DNA of 62,116 nucleotides, filler included, from Asterionella formosa (lineage: Eukaryota): assembly GCA_002256025.1 (NCBI GenBank). It is 5 parts of 5 records of this genome, joined end to end, with 100 filler letters (N's around TTAATTAATTAA, not from the genome) between each part and the next. Parts side by side here need not be neighbours in the genome. Positions count along the whole stretch, not along the records: positions 37,344 to 49,682 come from NKIB01007609.1; positions 49,783 to 62,116 come from NKIB01007610.1; 3 more parts are not named here. One strand, written 5' to 3'. Below the pieces are notes generated by a model, which saw nothing but the letters and a program-made list of their open reading frames with translations, did not search any database and was not told the origin of the DNA. Below, piece after piece: positions 47,801-59,675 of this stretch. Position 1 is the first letter of the stretch. Every line of letters begins with the position of its first letter. Position numbers and translations under genes: made by a program.

Positions 47801-49149
47801 GCTTTTTCAGTGCCTTGAGGTCCAGGATCCACCCACTGGTGATGCTCTACTTGGGGTAGGGAACCTAGACAATCTGAGCCGGAAGCATTGGCTGTTGAGG
47901 CAGAGACTAAAGGACAAATGTCGATAGATGGAGACAGCTCTAAAATGGAACTGGGCAACAAACTCATAGAGGCATCCGAATGAAATAAGGAAGGCTGTTC
48001 TGCAATGCAGGATAATCCCATGTTCGTCTGATCCAGTGATTTCTGGGCTACTTTAAGTTCAGCTTCAGCGACCTTGTCAGTATCAATATTGAGTTTTGTA
48101 GCGGATGGATATGTACTGGAAGGAGCCGACGACTCAAACTCACTTGGTGTCAAGTCGGCAGTCTCCGATGGAGAAACAGTTGGATTCTGTGCATTTCCCA
48201 TTGGAGTCACGTAGGGTTGTGCAGTCACGACAAGCTCTGTGGAGGCTTTTGGGTAGCAAGGCGTTGACTTTAAACTTGCAAGGGGAGTCACAGGGTTTGC
48301 AACCCGGCTGACTGCTTCGCGAGTGCGACAATCAGGAGTTGACAACTTCACCGAAGCCATTCGACGACGGGGTGGAAGTGGCAAAGGCAACTGAATGGAG
48401 ACAGATGTTGGCTTTTCTTGAACTTGAGTAGAAAGAGTGGCATTCGTTGCTTGTATGATTTCGTATTGCTCATTGAACAGTGTCAAGAGTGCCCTCGCAG
48501 AGATATGTACAGTATTGTCAGGCGGGTTGAAAGTCATTGCGTTTTCAAAGACAAGGCGAACGTCCGCTGCGAATTCGTCTCGACTGTTGTACGCAACCGC
48601 GTGAAGCCGAGCCTTGATAGTTCCCAAGTCCATTGGTTTGGTAATAATGGTCTTGTAGTCGTCGAGTCCCAGTCCTTTGACATCGACAGGAAAATTGAAT
48701 AGTCCGCGACGATTATGCAGTGGGTTGGTCATGAGTCTCGCAACAAGTTGGCGAAGAGGGAAGAGCTCTGACTCCAATCTGAGTGAACGTAGATGAGTGG
48801 ATAGCAGGGTAGCGTCATGAAGAGGATTGCGCAGAGTTGGTACAACCTTCTCAGCTTCCATTTCAACAACAGACGGGGGTTTGGTTTCAATCTCTTGCAC
48901 GTCGGAATCGTCGTCTTCACCGGCGCTGCTAATGTATTGAGATTCTTGAGATACGAGTCTTGCCATGGGGGCTCGAGGCCGCTTGCGCATGGGAGCCACT
49001 TCACTGTCCGAGCATTCTTCGCCGACTTGAGGCAATTCAGTGACAGTCCGGAGCGGCGTCTGGTCAGGAAGATTTGTAGCGGCCTCTTTAGTCTCCAGGT
49101 CAGACTCTCGGCGAGACAATATCTCCTCAGAAAACGAGCCAGCAGTCAT
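44851..49149 (-). CDS. CBP/p300-like histone acetyltransferase with two bromodomains, RING/PHD-like region and C-terminal ZZ-like Cys cluster
   Basis: Intronless ORF of ~1430 aa. Bromodomains: PMDLGTIK..NAMTFNPP and PMDLGTV..NAMKYNPK. HAT: LFQKIDGLDV, RVYIAYLDSVEHFRP, HIWACPP, GDFW, EFDTLRRAKFST. Confidence 0.92.
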   Translation of the reverse strand: MTAGSFSEEILSRRESDLETKEAATNLPDQTPLRTVTELPQVGEECSDSEVAPMRKRPRAPMARLVSQESQYISSAGEDDDSDVQEIETKPPSVVEMEAEKVVPTLRNPLHDATLLSTHLRSLRLESELFPLRQLVARLMTNPLHNRRGLFNFPVDVKGLGLDDYKTIITKPMDLGTIKARLHAVAYNSRDEFAADVRLVFENAMTFNPPDNTVHISARALLTLFNEQYEIIQATNATLSTQVQEKPTSVSIQLPLPLPPRRRMASVKLSTPDCRTREAVSRVANPVTPLASLKSTPCYPKASTELVVTAQPYVTPMGNAQNPTVSPSETADLTPSEFESSAPSSTYPSATKLNIDTDKVAEAELKVAQKSLDQTNMGLSCIAEQPSLFHSDASMSLLPSSILELSPSIDICPLVSASTANASGSDCLGSLPQVEHHQWVDPGPQGTEKALKRAMNIAAKHAKHTCRSCLGRSCAMCNQGCLSHEPALLICTGANCSGAKIRKGAIYYIAKDGSRQFCQRCYSNLQAVLPHTSDQFESMGTAVRYKRDLLKRKNDEEVAEHWLTCVTCKEGIHKICAMFNEFTNSDPYYTCPTCFHTKNESPQKMSVQVLKKLKRDELYSFLSGTDIPVKLSEVLGSQERSPFRSEDLPETTISSFIEEKVRSRMDTPDYPNAGKTITVRIISDCSKFFKVPEVVRKHFRMQAEADNLENGVMPPTIVRYNSKAIMLFQKIDGLDVCIFCVYVQEYDCDDVYSEGADRGLQKKRVYIAYLDSVEHFRPRVCRTDVFHEILVAYLATARARGYETVHIWACPPSRGNSFVFWNHPASQRTPNKDRLVSWYHGVLSRAVEAGVVTDVQSMFESSFHDFMKSQGTDTDDDEPKKDGPELHQEGVLGGLLICPPLLDGDFWIEEAVRLHAANISRFLKSKSTGKEALSSAIVEDQRRCPALQVAALLRDTVMAHDSAAPFRKPVNAAALKLKDYHKIILHPMDLGTVYSRCFLGEFEKLKDVVSDVLLVFLNAMKYNPKGHSIHDFAVEMQEFFFSALDDLTRTWKIDGFQDCKESEHKWIRFNEASMSLDVRIEFTTEKLVSIKPLATSTEIAEMKTTSDSTISVTNPTTFVATVISDVDVAPLMSTPLKSPNLELLAAPQLHVDIPLTQLPNSGCKRSPLSSPSSVWTSMLPEKKLEFLTGGPDAIHQRMVGDDVWLLDKRNPNPPKGSVNSKKNGKRKKWPAEATVDEPPQKRRRQSWLGREVGSSVRRLRTSFFTCSLTAKAIPTDQEEIKANHFDSYVASFHSKNQDSTPEVVSHLADARHALLEFSQFRNLEFDTLRRAKFSTSILLHHLHHDDAPGLIPICSTCQETIEDVRWHRVRRVGERHHSGRIPPTLRAQRIAEISIPEEIAEASHWGEELCSSCFSQQKKADDFIPLPVSFKT

Positions 49150-50389
49150 AATATAATGCTCGCACAACCAAAGTCGATGAAATCTTAGAGGGAAAGGCGG
49201 ATGGAAATAAAGTGAGCAATATTATTCGCAGGTCAGTCGAGTCGTGCCTTCAAATCCGAAGGTGGAATTCGGACAACGCATTCACGAATAACCCCGTGAG
49301 AAGGAACGATCTGTTCATCAGGTCAAGCTGAATGACTCGGTTTTATGTCAAATGACGATGAACAGTTGGTGTCATCAAACTGTGAGCGCTTATTGAGCAC
49401 CTCGAACGGAAAATGATGGCCATTTGCCGAAAGAGTTTCCTTGGACGGGCGAATGACAAACGTTCACGTAGAACTAGATATGTTTTCAACGAGAGAAGCG
49501 ATAGAAACTCTGCGAAGAAAATCGACGGACCATGGTATCTCAATGCGACGATCTCAATAGCCATTTCAGATTAAAACCACATAGCGGTCTCATCCAAATC
49601 ATGCTTGATGGTAAGCCGGCGAGAGATAACATCAAGCAATCATAATCAACACGAAAAACGAATTCAGCGGCAAAGATGTTGTNNNNNNNNNNNNNNNNNN
49701 NNNNNNNNNNNNNNNNNNNNNNNNNNTTAATTAATTAANNNNNNNNNNNNNNNNNNNNNNNNNNNNNNNNNNNNNNNNNNNNAGATAAAATGGGAGCAAA
49801 CTAACAGAATTAATGGTAGTCAGAGTGAAGAATATTTGTGAACGGAAATGTTGCGAATTGTCGAGAAAAGTACCGTATTATAGAGATTATTACTGAACAA
49901 ATTTTTCTTCGTGTCGCCAGAAAATATTGTCAGTTGGCCCCAAAAATTATGTGGGTTTCTAAAATAATTATGGAAGTTGTCGAAACTATTTTAGTTCACT
50001 CCGTCCATATATATTGTATGATGCATCATATTTTTTTGTGATGTCATACCCTTAAATTATGTACGTAGCTAAATTCGTCATATTGGGCCACCCAAATAAT
50101 TAATTTGGGTGATCATATTTGACTAGCGTTTTTTTTGTGGCGGCTGTACCAGTAATCGGCGTTGTAGATGTAGGAGTGATGTTGCCGGACAGTGATACGT
50201 TTTGAAACGTTTTACATGGCACTCAACTTTCTCTATCGATATTTACAGATTGTATTAACTATTGACCAGAATGAACTGAAACAAATATACTTTTGCTCTG
50301 AACCCATGCATTGTAAAAATTGTGTGAATAGAAAAAGAATAATGGAAACTATCACTTCATGACCTTGTAACTTACTTTACGGGCAAATC

Positions 50390-51190
50390 AATAATGAACT
50401 TACCACTTACGCAAGGTAACTTCGGTGTAGTAGAAGAAGTGGTGGTCGGAAAGGCTGAAGTTACTGCAACCGCTCTTGCAATGAAAGAGGCATGTCAGGA
50501 AGAAATATATCTAACACTCAATGTGCATGAACGTGGAGACTGGGCTACTGACAAAGTCTTACTGGTACTGACTGCTTGTCTGTACTGAATATGCCGCGAC
50601 TCACAGCTAGTTAGGATATGCATGGGATGGCAGCAGCAGTCCAGCGAGAATAAGTATAACTCAGTAAGTGGACATGCTTTTTGTATTGGCGGCTACACGA
50701 AAAAGATACTAGACTACAGTGTGAAATCTAAGGTCTGTAATGTGTGCGACAGCGCTATACAGTACAAGAAACCAACCAAGGAACGTGTTTGTCCCAAGAA
50801 TCATGTAACTGGTAGTTCGAAGGCGATGGAACCAGACGCCAGTGTGGAAATGATGATTGATGAAGCTATGAAAAACAATGTTATCTACTCTACAATCATC
50901 TATGATGATGATTCTACTATAAGAGCTGTATCTAAATGGTCCTATAAGGAGTTATTGTAACTACAGCCATCCTTTGCTCCTCCAATGGCCAAAAATATTG
51001 AAAGGATTAAAAAATCGGATAAAGGATGCCTTCAACTGACTGTACCAGAACCTATGTTTCTTTCTGACCCATCCCATGCACAAAATACGATTCCTTCTCC
51101 TCCCTGCTTTCTTTCTGAAATCCAATGGCCCAGTCTCCCTCAAGCGTTCTTCAAAAGCTGATTGTCTCCATTTGAAAGTTTACAACCAAA
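50390..51190 (+). mobile_element. Mutator-like transposase pseudogene
   Basis: MGWQQQSS..YNSVSGHAFCIG..KSKVCNVC..CPKNH.TGSSKAME..IIYDDDST, with stops and frameshifts on both sides. Confidence 0.75.
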
Positions 51191-51475
51191 TGTTGGTAAG
51201 TAATTGAACTTTACCAACAATCAAATTTTTTATGCGAAGCGGGTACTTACAAAGGAATTTTTCGTACAGGAGATTGTAGGACGATAAATTGAATCACAAG
51301 ACTCTTATTCCAATGATGAAGTTTCAGTGATTAGTGATTCTGATTCTGACATTCTTGAGACCATTGAAAAGGCCGATTTTGTCGAATTTTTGGACAACAA
51401 CAGTTCAACGTCTGCAGGGTTTGAAGAAGATTTAAGTATACAGGTGATCTTCGTTTACCCCCAGAAGTTAACTTT

Positions 51476-51606
51476 CGGCGAGAAAGTGGAGAAAGGAACT
51501 TCGGTTTTTTACTAGACCAAATAAACGGTTGGCCTGGTAAAATCCACTACTTTTAACCATAGTTAGAAAACCGAAGTTCCTTTCTGCGCTTTCTCACCAG
51601 ATCCTA
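51476..51606. repeat. Imperfect ~35-bp inverted repeat; one arm plus spacer recurs inverted at ~31197-31269
   Basis: gagaaagtggagaaaggaacttcggtttt versus aaaaccgaagttcctttctgcgctttctc. Confidence 0.8.
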
Positions 51607-53160
51607 TATCCTGACGATATAAGCTATTTTAGGATTTGGTCGATGCATTGGGCAAAAAAATTCGACTTTTGATAAAAAATGTCTTGACCAAGTGATGTGT
51701 TTTGAGGTATTCGGTCGATGTGGTGGAGATGCTCTTATTAGGACAGGTCTTACTAACAGAGATACAAATAATTTTATAATTTTTTTTAAATTGTATCTTC
51801 AGAAAAAAATGAATCTCTACAGAGAGACAGTTCACAAATGTATCTCAGTAACAGCAAAACAGTTAGCCTTTTTTTCGTGTCTTCGCAAACATGTGCATCA
51901 GACTCTCAAAACAGCAAAAATAATAGCAATGTGCGCTTCAATTATACAATCTGTCTGACCATCATCATTACTGAAACGACAATGACAAATCGACTGGAAG
52001 AACCTGACAGTTGGGCTGTCATCATTGACAATCTTGAGCCTTGATTTAGAACATGAAATAGAATCAGAAGAACAAAGATTTCTGTTTCTTGCAGCAGTTG
52101 CATTATAAAATGTCAATGAAATTTTATAGTACATTAAAGCTATCCAATAATTGCACTTGGGCCCACCAAATATGATGACACAATTAGTACCGGTTTTATT
52201 CGTCCGTATGGTACAATGGGACCTGTCTTTTCGTCTGCCGCATCCCCCAGAACCCTAGGGACTACATGAAAAAGACAGGTGGAGTATGTAGGAATCGAAC
52301 ACGCCACCACAGTGGGTGTGCTAACCACTAAGCCATTCCCCAATGCAGCAGTTGCATTATAATTTTTGGAGTCATACTGTGCACAAAACTTGAAGCCAGT
52401 GGGATCAGCACAAAATGGGATCATCAACGACGTGACTGGAATGATCATGTCACAAAGCTTCTTCATGAGAATAGGCTTCATCGTCAATACCGCATGTCCC
52501 TTCAAGCTTTCAATCACCTACTGGAACTACTTCGACCTTCCATCACAGTTAATGCTGTCAAACTGGCATATTTATCCCAAGTTGATCCTTGCCATCCGCC
52601 TTCGCTGGCTTGCAGACAGAAAACTCATAGACATTCGTCATGATATGGTACCATGTTGTCCATCTGCATCCAGGAGTTATTAATGGTGTCATTGACAAGA
52701 GCCATTTTTCTTGTAGCATCAACTGAAGAAGAAACGTCATCATCGCATTCAGTATCAATTAGGAGATCCTGTGTATAAGTAGCTGATGGTGTCCCCATTG
52801 ACGATGGGGTAGCACCCCCACTAACTCCTTGTCACCGATTGGGTTCCTTTGGATAATCACGATTCTTTTTTTCTTTGTTTTCTCATTTTGGTGCTTGCCT
52901 CTTTGTTCCATACCGGCAGCATATGCCACAGTCTCTTGTTTCCATGAACCTCTTCATGGTTTTTTGAAGACATTGTACTACTAGATAAGTGTTGTCTTAA
53001 GTTTGATGATCTTAAAATCAGGTGTTGCTACAATGAAATGAATCATCAGCCACTAAATATAATATTTTACGCTGTCTAGATATGATACCATAAGACCAAC
53101 AGTGATATTTACATTATCGTATACAAAATCAGAAGAAAGTTTGAGTAATAGCATATCTTG

Positions 53161-53391
53161 CTTTCAATTTTACGATCATACAATCATGAAACTATGAAGA
53201 TTTACTGTCCCACTGCAGTAGCAACCGTCCTACACATACGGTGTTCTGTTCCTCGCTTACTACTCCGACTACCCCCTTTCAATTTTACGATCATACGATC
53301 CTGAAACTATGATGATTTACTGTCCCATTGCAGTAGCAACAGTCCTGAACATAAGGTGTTCTGTTGCTTGCTTACTACTCCGAATACCCCC
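53161..53391. repeat. Tandem duplication of ~115 bp
   Basis: ctttcaattttacgatcatac...tactactccga.tacccc occurs twice. Confidence 0.88.
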
Positions 53392-53659
53392 AGTATATCA
53401 CTTCCCACCCCCTGCTACTGGTACTCTGTATATAAATGATGAAATGTTATGATCATATGATGTACACATGAAGAACTACCGCCAAAAAAGGGCCTAAATA
53501 ATTGGCTACCAAAATCCTTGCGTATAATAATGATACAAATGCGTTGTGACTTACACCAATTGAATGATCTAAATAATTAGTTCCAACGGACGTAGAAAAT
53601 ATTGATGCAAGCAAATTTCAGAAACAGTACCAGTACACGATGTCGTGGAAAACAATGGA

Positions 53660-55064
53660 CGTATCGAGCATTGCATATTTTCGAACTATGTATATATGAG
53701 TATGATCATCTTAACAATACCAGACGTTCCATATTAAGAGTGTCTTTGATTTTTATAAATGTACTAACTTTGATATATTTATAATATTTACAAATTTCAT
53801 AACTTTATATACATGGCAAATATATTTGAAATCGTTCTGTCATGTTAACAAACAATGCCTGCTTTGTGAAAAGAAATATCAAAGTAAAGAATATAACAAG
53901 GAAAGTTTACGCAATAACGAAAGACATTGTGGCTTCGACACATTGCGCCTTCGAAGAAGGATGGAGTATGTTTAAGCAAATGAAGCCATCAATGTGGTAT
54001 GTGGATGACAATCGTTGGGAGGACAACAACAAATTGTAAACTAAACCCACATTTCCTTTTTTCTCAGTTGATTCAACAGCTCGTTTTGCTTGTTGGGGAG
54101 CACCAATGTAAAACAAAACAAAATTGGTAAGTGCTCTTGTCATTGCACCAATTCAATTCTCTTGGAACATAACTGACAGAAAAATTTACCTTCTCTCAAA
54201 GTTAAGCTAACGAAAATGAATCGGTAAGTTTTATTCGACAACATTGGATACCTGAAACTTACTAAACTTACTTATTCAAGAATTTACTGATAATTTACTA
54301 TTACAGACTTATGCATCAGTTGCTTTGATTTGTGGTAAGTGAAGCAAGAGGATACAATGGAATTGCGTGTCGTTTTGTCAATGTAACATGACTAGCTAAC
54401 AAATCATTCCTTCTCATTGTTACTGTAACTGCATAGGACAATAAAACCAATCAAACAATGGTATAGTCGGCAAGTTCAGAGTGACACTAACAGCAGGGAA
54501 AGAGATGCAACATTAGTAGGCACTGTCTGACACATGATTCAGAATAGAGGAAGGAAAGGGCGAGACAGTAACAATATACATTGAGCCGAGTAGAGAGAGA
54601 AACGTTGGGTCGCTGGCCTGTAGAATCATAGATAGCATTGCTTAATTTGATAGTTAAATTACGATCCATTTCAATCTATTTTGAACAATGCTTGTGATTA
54701 GTATTATGATCATGTTTAAGATAGATATACGATGCAACAATTCACATGATAGCATAGAGTTTAGCTGATTTTAGGATGTGTTGTAGTAATAATTTACATT
54801 TGGTGATAACAAGAAGTGAAATAACATGAGAAGGTTTATGATATTGATGAGAAATGTTGTTGATCAGTTGGCATACATTGTGTGATGATGATGTTCTTAT
54901 TATCATTATACTGCAAGTTCGGTAAAATATTAATATATCATCATAGTTACAGGATACCTTGATCATAGTTTTGATCCAAAAATTATCATATAAATGAAAA
55001 TCCTGTGCCACTTAGCGTACGATACCCTTGATCCTATATGCATGATACTTTTTATTTGCAGACG
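53660..55064. mobile_element. Second, inverted copy of the CGTCTG-terminated TIR element (partial)
   Basis: 54900-55064 is a reverse-complement homologue of 8971-9140. 54070-54350 matches 9605-9905, and ~53668-53695 matches ~10417-10443. Confidence 0.75.
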
Positions 55065-55239
55065 AGATTTTCGTTGTGATGCAGAATTTCATCTCTACTG
55101 TGGCAGTAGACATGGAAAACTGCTTTTTTCTCTCAGGTTTTTCATCATCACTGCTGCTCATATCATAGTCACTGGTTTCCTCGTAATCATTTGTTGATTG
55201 AGCTTGAACACTGTTGCTAATATCAGGTCCTTCCAAAAT

Positions 55240-57175
55240 TTCAGCAAAACGTTATGAAAAGTCATAGCCACTGAAAGTGGTGTCACAGACATTGCCAACC
55301 TGTGGCAATGTCAACTCCATGGAGACATTGGGGTCACTGGGATTAAGGGTCAAGTCGTACATGGATTCCACAACAGCACGGAATCTACTGCTAGCTGCCA
55401 CATCCATGCGCTCTTGGATAGTTGTGCATCTGCGGATGCTGTCTCTGGTATCTGGCATAATGGGATCAAAATTAATCCCAAAACCGTTCTCATATGCAGA
55501 AACATCATTTTTGGCCCAACCACATTGTCGGTTCAGAATTGAATTAACTTCTCCAAGGTATTTGGTTCAGTTTGGACGGAGTTTCCCTTTTGAACTTCAC
55601 TTGCAAGTACACTGTTCATTAAATGTTTCACAAGCAAGTCTTTTGATGTTTTCGACTGAAACCTGATCACTGGGCTTTCGGGGCATACCAGTGACTGTCA
55701 GTATTGTTTGATTCCACCTTTTCAACATACCCCCAACTTCACTCAGAACCATTATCTGTTTGAAGGATATGCGGATATCCAATCAATCCAAAGAGAGAGT
55801 TTAACTCAAAGCAGACATACTTTGCATTTTTGATAGGAATAGCTCTCAAATAGCATAAGCCAGTGAAGTGATCCTTCACAACCATTATCCATCATATTAC
55901 CTGACCATAAACATTGCATCGTTCATTGGCACGATAATCAATTAAGTCAATTTGCATGCGATCACAGAATTCACCAGAATGTATAGGACATCGGGCTCCC
56001 TTAGATTTCGGAATTTGAGGATGTGCATGAATACACACAGGACACACAGTGATAAATTCATTCACGTGTTGTTTTGTGATATTGTAAACATGCCGATTAA
56101 CCTCTCTCCATGTAACAGATGATTTCAAGTGACCAAGACTGCTGTAGTGAGCATCATATATGGCATCAAACATTTCCTTGCATCGAAGAAGCTTTCTCCC
56201 CACATTATCTCCTTCTTTCACACTGTCGCTCTTGATAATATAGAGGCTTTTTATTAGATTGCCTTCCACATCTTTCTTTGATCTCACTGTATACTTTTTT
56301 ACAAGTGAATAACCAATTCGATGCTGTCGCTGTATCTCTGGATTATCCCAGTTTTCAATAATATACACAACTTCATTGTATTTCTCATCAGTCATGTCAC
56401 ATGATCTAGTTTTTCCTGTTCCTGTTGTGTTATATGCAATTTCATTGTATTTCTCATCTGTTACGTCACATGACCCTGCTTTTCCTGTTCCTGATGTATT
56501 CTTTCCCTTTGTTCCTTCTGTAATTCTTGCTGTCTTTTTCTTTGTTCTTGATTTAGCATGTTCGATTCTCTTTGCAGCCCATGTTGCAGTCGTTGTTCCG
56601 GCTTCCGCTTTTTGAGTTTTCCTGCTACTGTTGCCTTCTCATGCCTTGTTGTAGCCGTTGTTCCGGTTTCCGCATCGACTAGAGTTGTACCTGTGCCCGC
56701 CTTTTCATTCCTTGTTGTTGTCGTTGCTCCGGCTTCCGCTTTTGGAGTTTTTCCTGCTACTGTTGCCTTTTCATGCCTTGTTGCAGCCGTTGTTCCGGTT
56801 TCCGCATCGACTGGAGTTGTACCTGTGCCCGCCTTTTCATTCCTTGTTGTTGCTTGTTGTTGTCATTGTTCCGGTTTCCGCATGATTGACTGGAGTTGTA
56901 CCTTTGCATGCCTTTTCATTCTTTGTTGCTGTTGTTGCTCCGGTTTCCGCATTGACTGGAGTTGTGCCTATGTACGCCTTTTCATTCCTTGTTGCTCCAG
57001 TTGTTCCGGTTTCCGCATGATAAACTGGAGATGTCATTCTCTGTGCACCACCAATACTGACAGTGGCATTACCATGATCATTGGATGAAGATGTAGAAAC
57101 GTATGAGAATTCACTCACCACATACTCTTCATCACTACTGTCTTCATTGCAATTCTTCGTCTTTGAAGAATTCAT
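55240..57175 (-). mobile_element. Pseudogenised retroviral-type integrase/transposase without RT (Ginger/KRBA2-like)
   Basis: HHCC motif DAH..GHLK..CPVC, RMQIDLID, VVKDHFTG, ILQTDNGSE, G.PRKPSDQ..VE. Frameshifts. Repeat-rich N-terminal region. Confidence 0.75.
56575..57030. repeat. Coding-type tandem repeats (~60/120-bp period) encoding AETGT/AEAGT units on the minus strand
   Basis: Recurrent gtt(g)(t/c)tccgg(t/c)ttccgc. Confidence 0.85.
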
Positions 57176-57766
57176 CTCAAATCAGAGGAGCTTTTCAAAT
57201 ATACAAGTACAAGATGAAGGGCTGTGGGCAATCAATAGATTTAGTTGTGCATTGACTTCTAATGAAGATTCACTGCAAGTAGGTAGGTACACGTGGCTAC
57301 AGGTAAGCATTTGACAGGAGAGGTTGCTATCACTCATTTGTCCTGCTGCTATCTAAATAAATCTAAGTTTCGATAGAGAAAAGCAGAGGTTTTGGGTGAA
57401 ATAAAAGTTACCCAAAAATTAGATAGGAGGAATCATGAGGCCTGCGTCAGAAATACATTTACTTCATAGCTAATTTATTTTAAAGAACAAATTACTCACC
57501 AGATTTTGAGTGCTCATATCATTTCAGCTCAATAAAGAAATTCAGCTGAAATGACGTAAAACAGATCGGGCGTAAAGACATCCTATATGTAGATGCGTGA
57601 AACAAATGACTTGTTCACAGTAAATATTGTCGTATTGCTAAAATTGAAAAAGTTTGTCGTACCAAATATAAGATTACACCGTATAGTGGTCTTAACCAGT
57701 TTTTGACTGGTACCTGGTACCGTACATATTGAAAACACAACAAGGCAGAATACAGTCACCATAGCC

Positions 57767-58585
57767 ATGGCACATGAGATTGATTTTGTAGCATTGATGG
57801 AAGCAGAGAAACAAAAAGGAAAACAAAATCATGAACAAAAGGAGACAACAAAACGTCAACCGCACAAACACGGTCCATCGAATGCATGCATTAATCAACC
57901 ATCATCATCACCACAAGTGCCGTGGTCCCAACTATGGCTGACGGGATTGCCCATAACGTTAGATGCAGCGAAGCACTGCATTTCAAAGGACCCGAAATAT
58001 GTCTATTATTTGAAAACGTTTTTAACTCCTTCCCAACAATATGATTTGTCTCGCTGGCTCCAACGATTACCTGATGCAACGACCGAGGGACAATTGGGTC
58101 ATTGGAATACAATGAAGTACAGCAAGCGACGAGTGGCAATGTTCCATTCGCCGCTTCCAGATCCTCTTTTTCTGATTGCATCAACCATGGTGACAATGGG
58201 TGTCTTTGAACGGCCTCCAAATCATGTTTTGATCAATTCCTATTCGCAGGGCCAAGGAATTCTGCCACATACAGATGGACCGTTGTATCAACCCCGAACC
58301 GCCACCATCTCCATTGGTGGATCTGATGTGATATTCAAATTAGCCAAACGATTGACGGCCGACGAAATTGGTGTACAAAACAGCAGCACTGCGTTGGAGG
58401 TTGTGTTGGACGGCAATGGTTCTCTAGTAGTGTTTTGTGAGGACGCATATACCAATTTTGTACACTCGATTGACGACCAAGTAATGGAGGAACGAGTGAG
58501 CGACTGTTGTTGCAATGCCAAAGTAGGGACTACTATTGTCAGAGGCGATCGTATAAGTCTGACCTTTCGGGTCAAACTGGAATAA
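57767..58585 (+). CDS. ALKBH6: AlkB-family 2OG-Fe(II) dioxygenase, ALKBH6-like
   Basis: PNHVLINSYSQGQGILPHTDGPLY (HxD), FVHSI, RGDRISLTFR. Confidence 0.85.
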   Translation: MAHEIDFVALMEAEKQKGKQNHEQKETTKRQPHKHGPSNACINQPSSSPQVPWSQLWLTGLPITLDAAKHCISKDPKYVYYLKTFLTPSQQYDLSRWLQRLPDATTEGQLGHWNTMKYSKRRVAMFHSPLPDPLFLIASTMVTMGVFERPPNHVLINSYSQGQGILPHTDGPLYQPRTATISIGGSDVIFKLAKRLTADEIGVQNSSTALEVVLDGNGSLVVFCEDAYTNFVHSIDDQVMEERVSDCCCNAKVGTTIVRGDRISLTFRVKLE

Positions 58586-59006
58586 TTAGTGAATCCATAG
58601 TAATATCGAAAGGATTGCTAGTTTTTCGCAACCCAAGGTACATGGTACTCTACAAGGTTTTCGACAGTACATTTGGCATTCAACCATTCTGTACATGCAG
58701 GAGTTTTTTTGTTTATTATGCTATGCCCAAGCAACATATGTTGTCCTAAAATCGAACAAACAAATTGCTAATAGTGTCAACAAGGTTTGGAATAAAACAA
58801 GATCGATGTTCTGACATGAAAATACTACTGGTATATGACATATTTCGGTACCAGGTAGCAATCTTTATGTTCGCATCTATGATAAATTTGCGCCGGTAAT
58901 ACCGGTACCGGTAGTACATATAGAGGTTAGCATATTTTTGACATTTATTTAATACATCCATTCATTGATAAAATATACCGGTAATAAAGGCAGGTCAAGA
59001 GCCTTT

Positions 59007-59675
59007 GGGCCGTTCTTATCATTCTGTTATTTGTTGTCATTGGTGTATCATAGCCGAAATATGATACAAAAATGGCGGTTTGGTTTTTTTTGTGTATCAC
59101 CAACGGTTTTTTTGGTCTGATCACCGGTGTATCATGGGTGTATCACTGATACAGTTTTTGGACCCCTGACCAATGCTGTATCACTGATCAAGCCGTTGAT
59201 CACTGTGTATCACGTCCGTTGCCACTGATAAAATAACTGTAGACATGCCAGCGCCAACTATATAATCTCTTAGACCGCAAAAGCGCAGCGACTCCTTTGC
59301 CATTTTGATGGAGAAATAGCTGATTATCGACATGGTCAATGTGTTGACGACTCTCTCAATACCTGGTACCAGGGGCTAGTAGCATGTACCGCACAGGCTC
59401 CGTAAGATGATATGATATTTGTTTTTTATTCCGGTTGTTATTTTTATTTAAGCTACGCATATGCATATTACTGCTCATATATATCTAGATGCTCGTAGCT
59501 GGCCTGTCACCGTTGACAATCCTTGTTACTCCATGATACACTGTGATCACAAATTAGTGATACAGTGACACTTTTGGAATGAATGAAATTCAGTTCAAAT
59601 CGAGTTACCGTTGCTGATACATTTTCAAAAAAATTCAAATTCCGTGATACACGAAAAAAAAAGATAAGAACGGCC
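59007..59675. mobile_element. Non-autonomous PIF/Harbinger-like MITE (669 bp)
   Basis: Perfect 14-bp TIR GGGCCGTTCTTATC, 3-bp TTT on both flanks, and oppositely oriented GTATCA/TGATAC subterminal repeats. Confidence 0.82.

Noticed and set aside
52140..52900. Overlapping 60-125 aa ORFs
   Set aside because: Fragmented with no identifiable family. Likely decayed TE cargo.
56575..57030. CRISPR-like periodic repeats
   Set aside because: The intervening segments resemble each other and keep a reading frame, so this is a coding tandem repeat.
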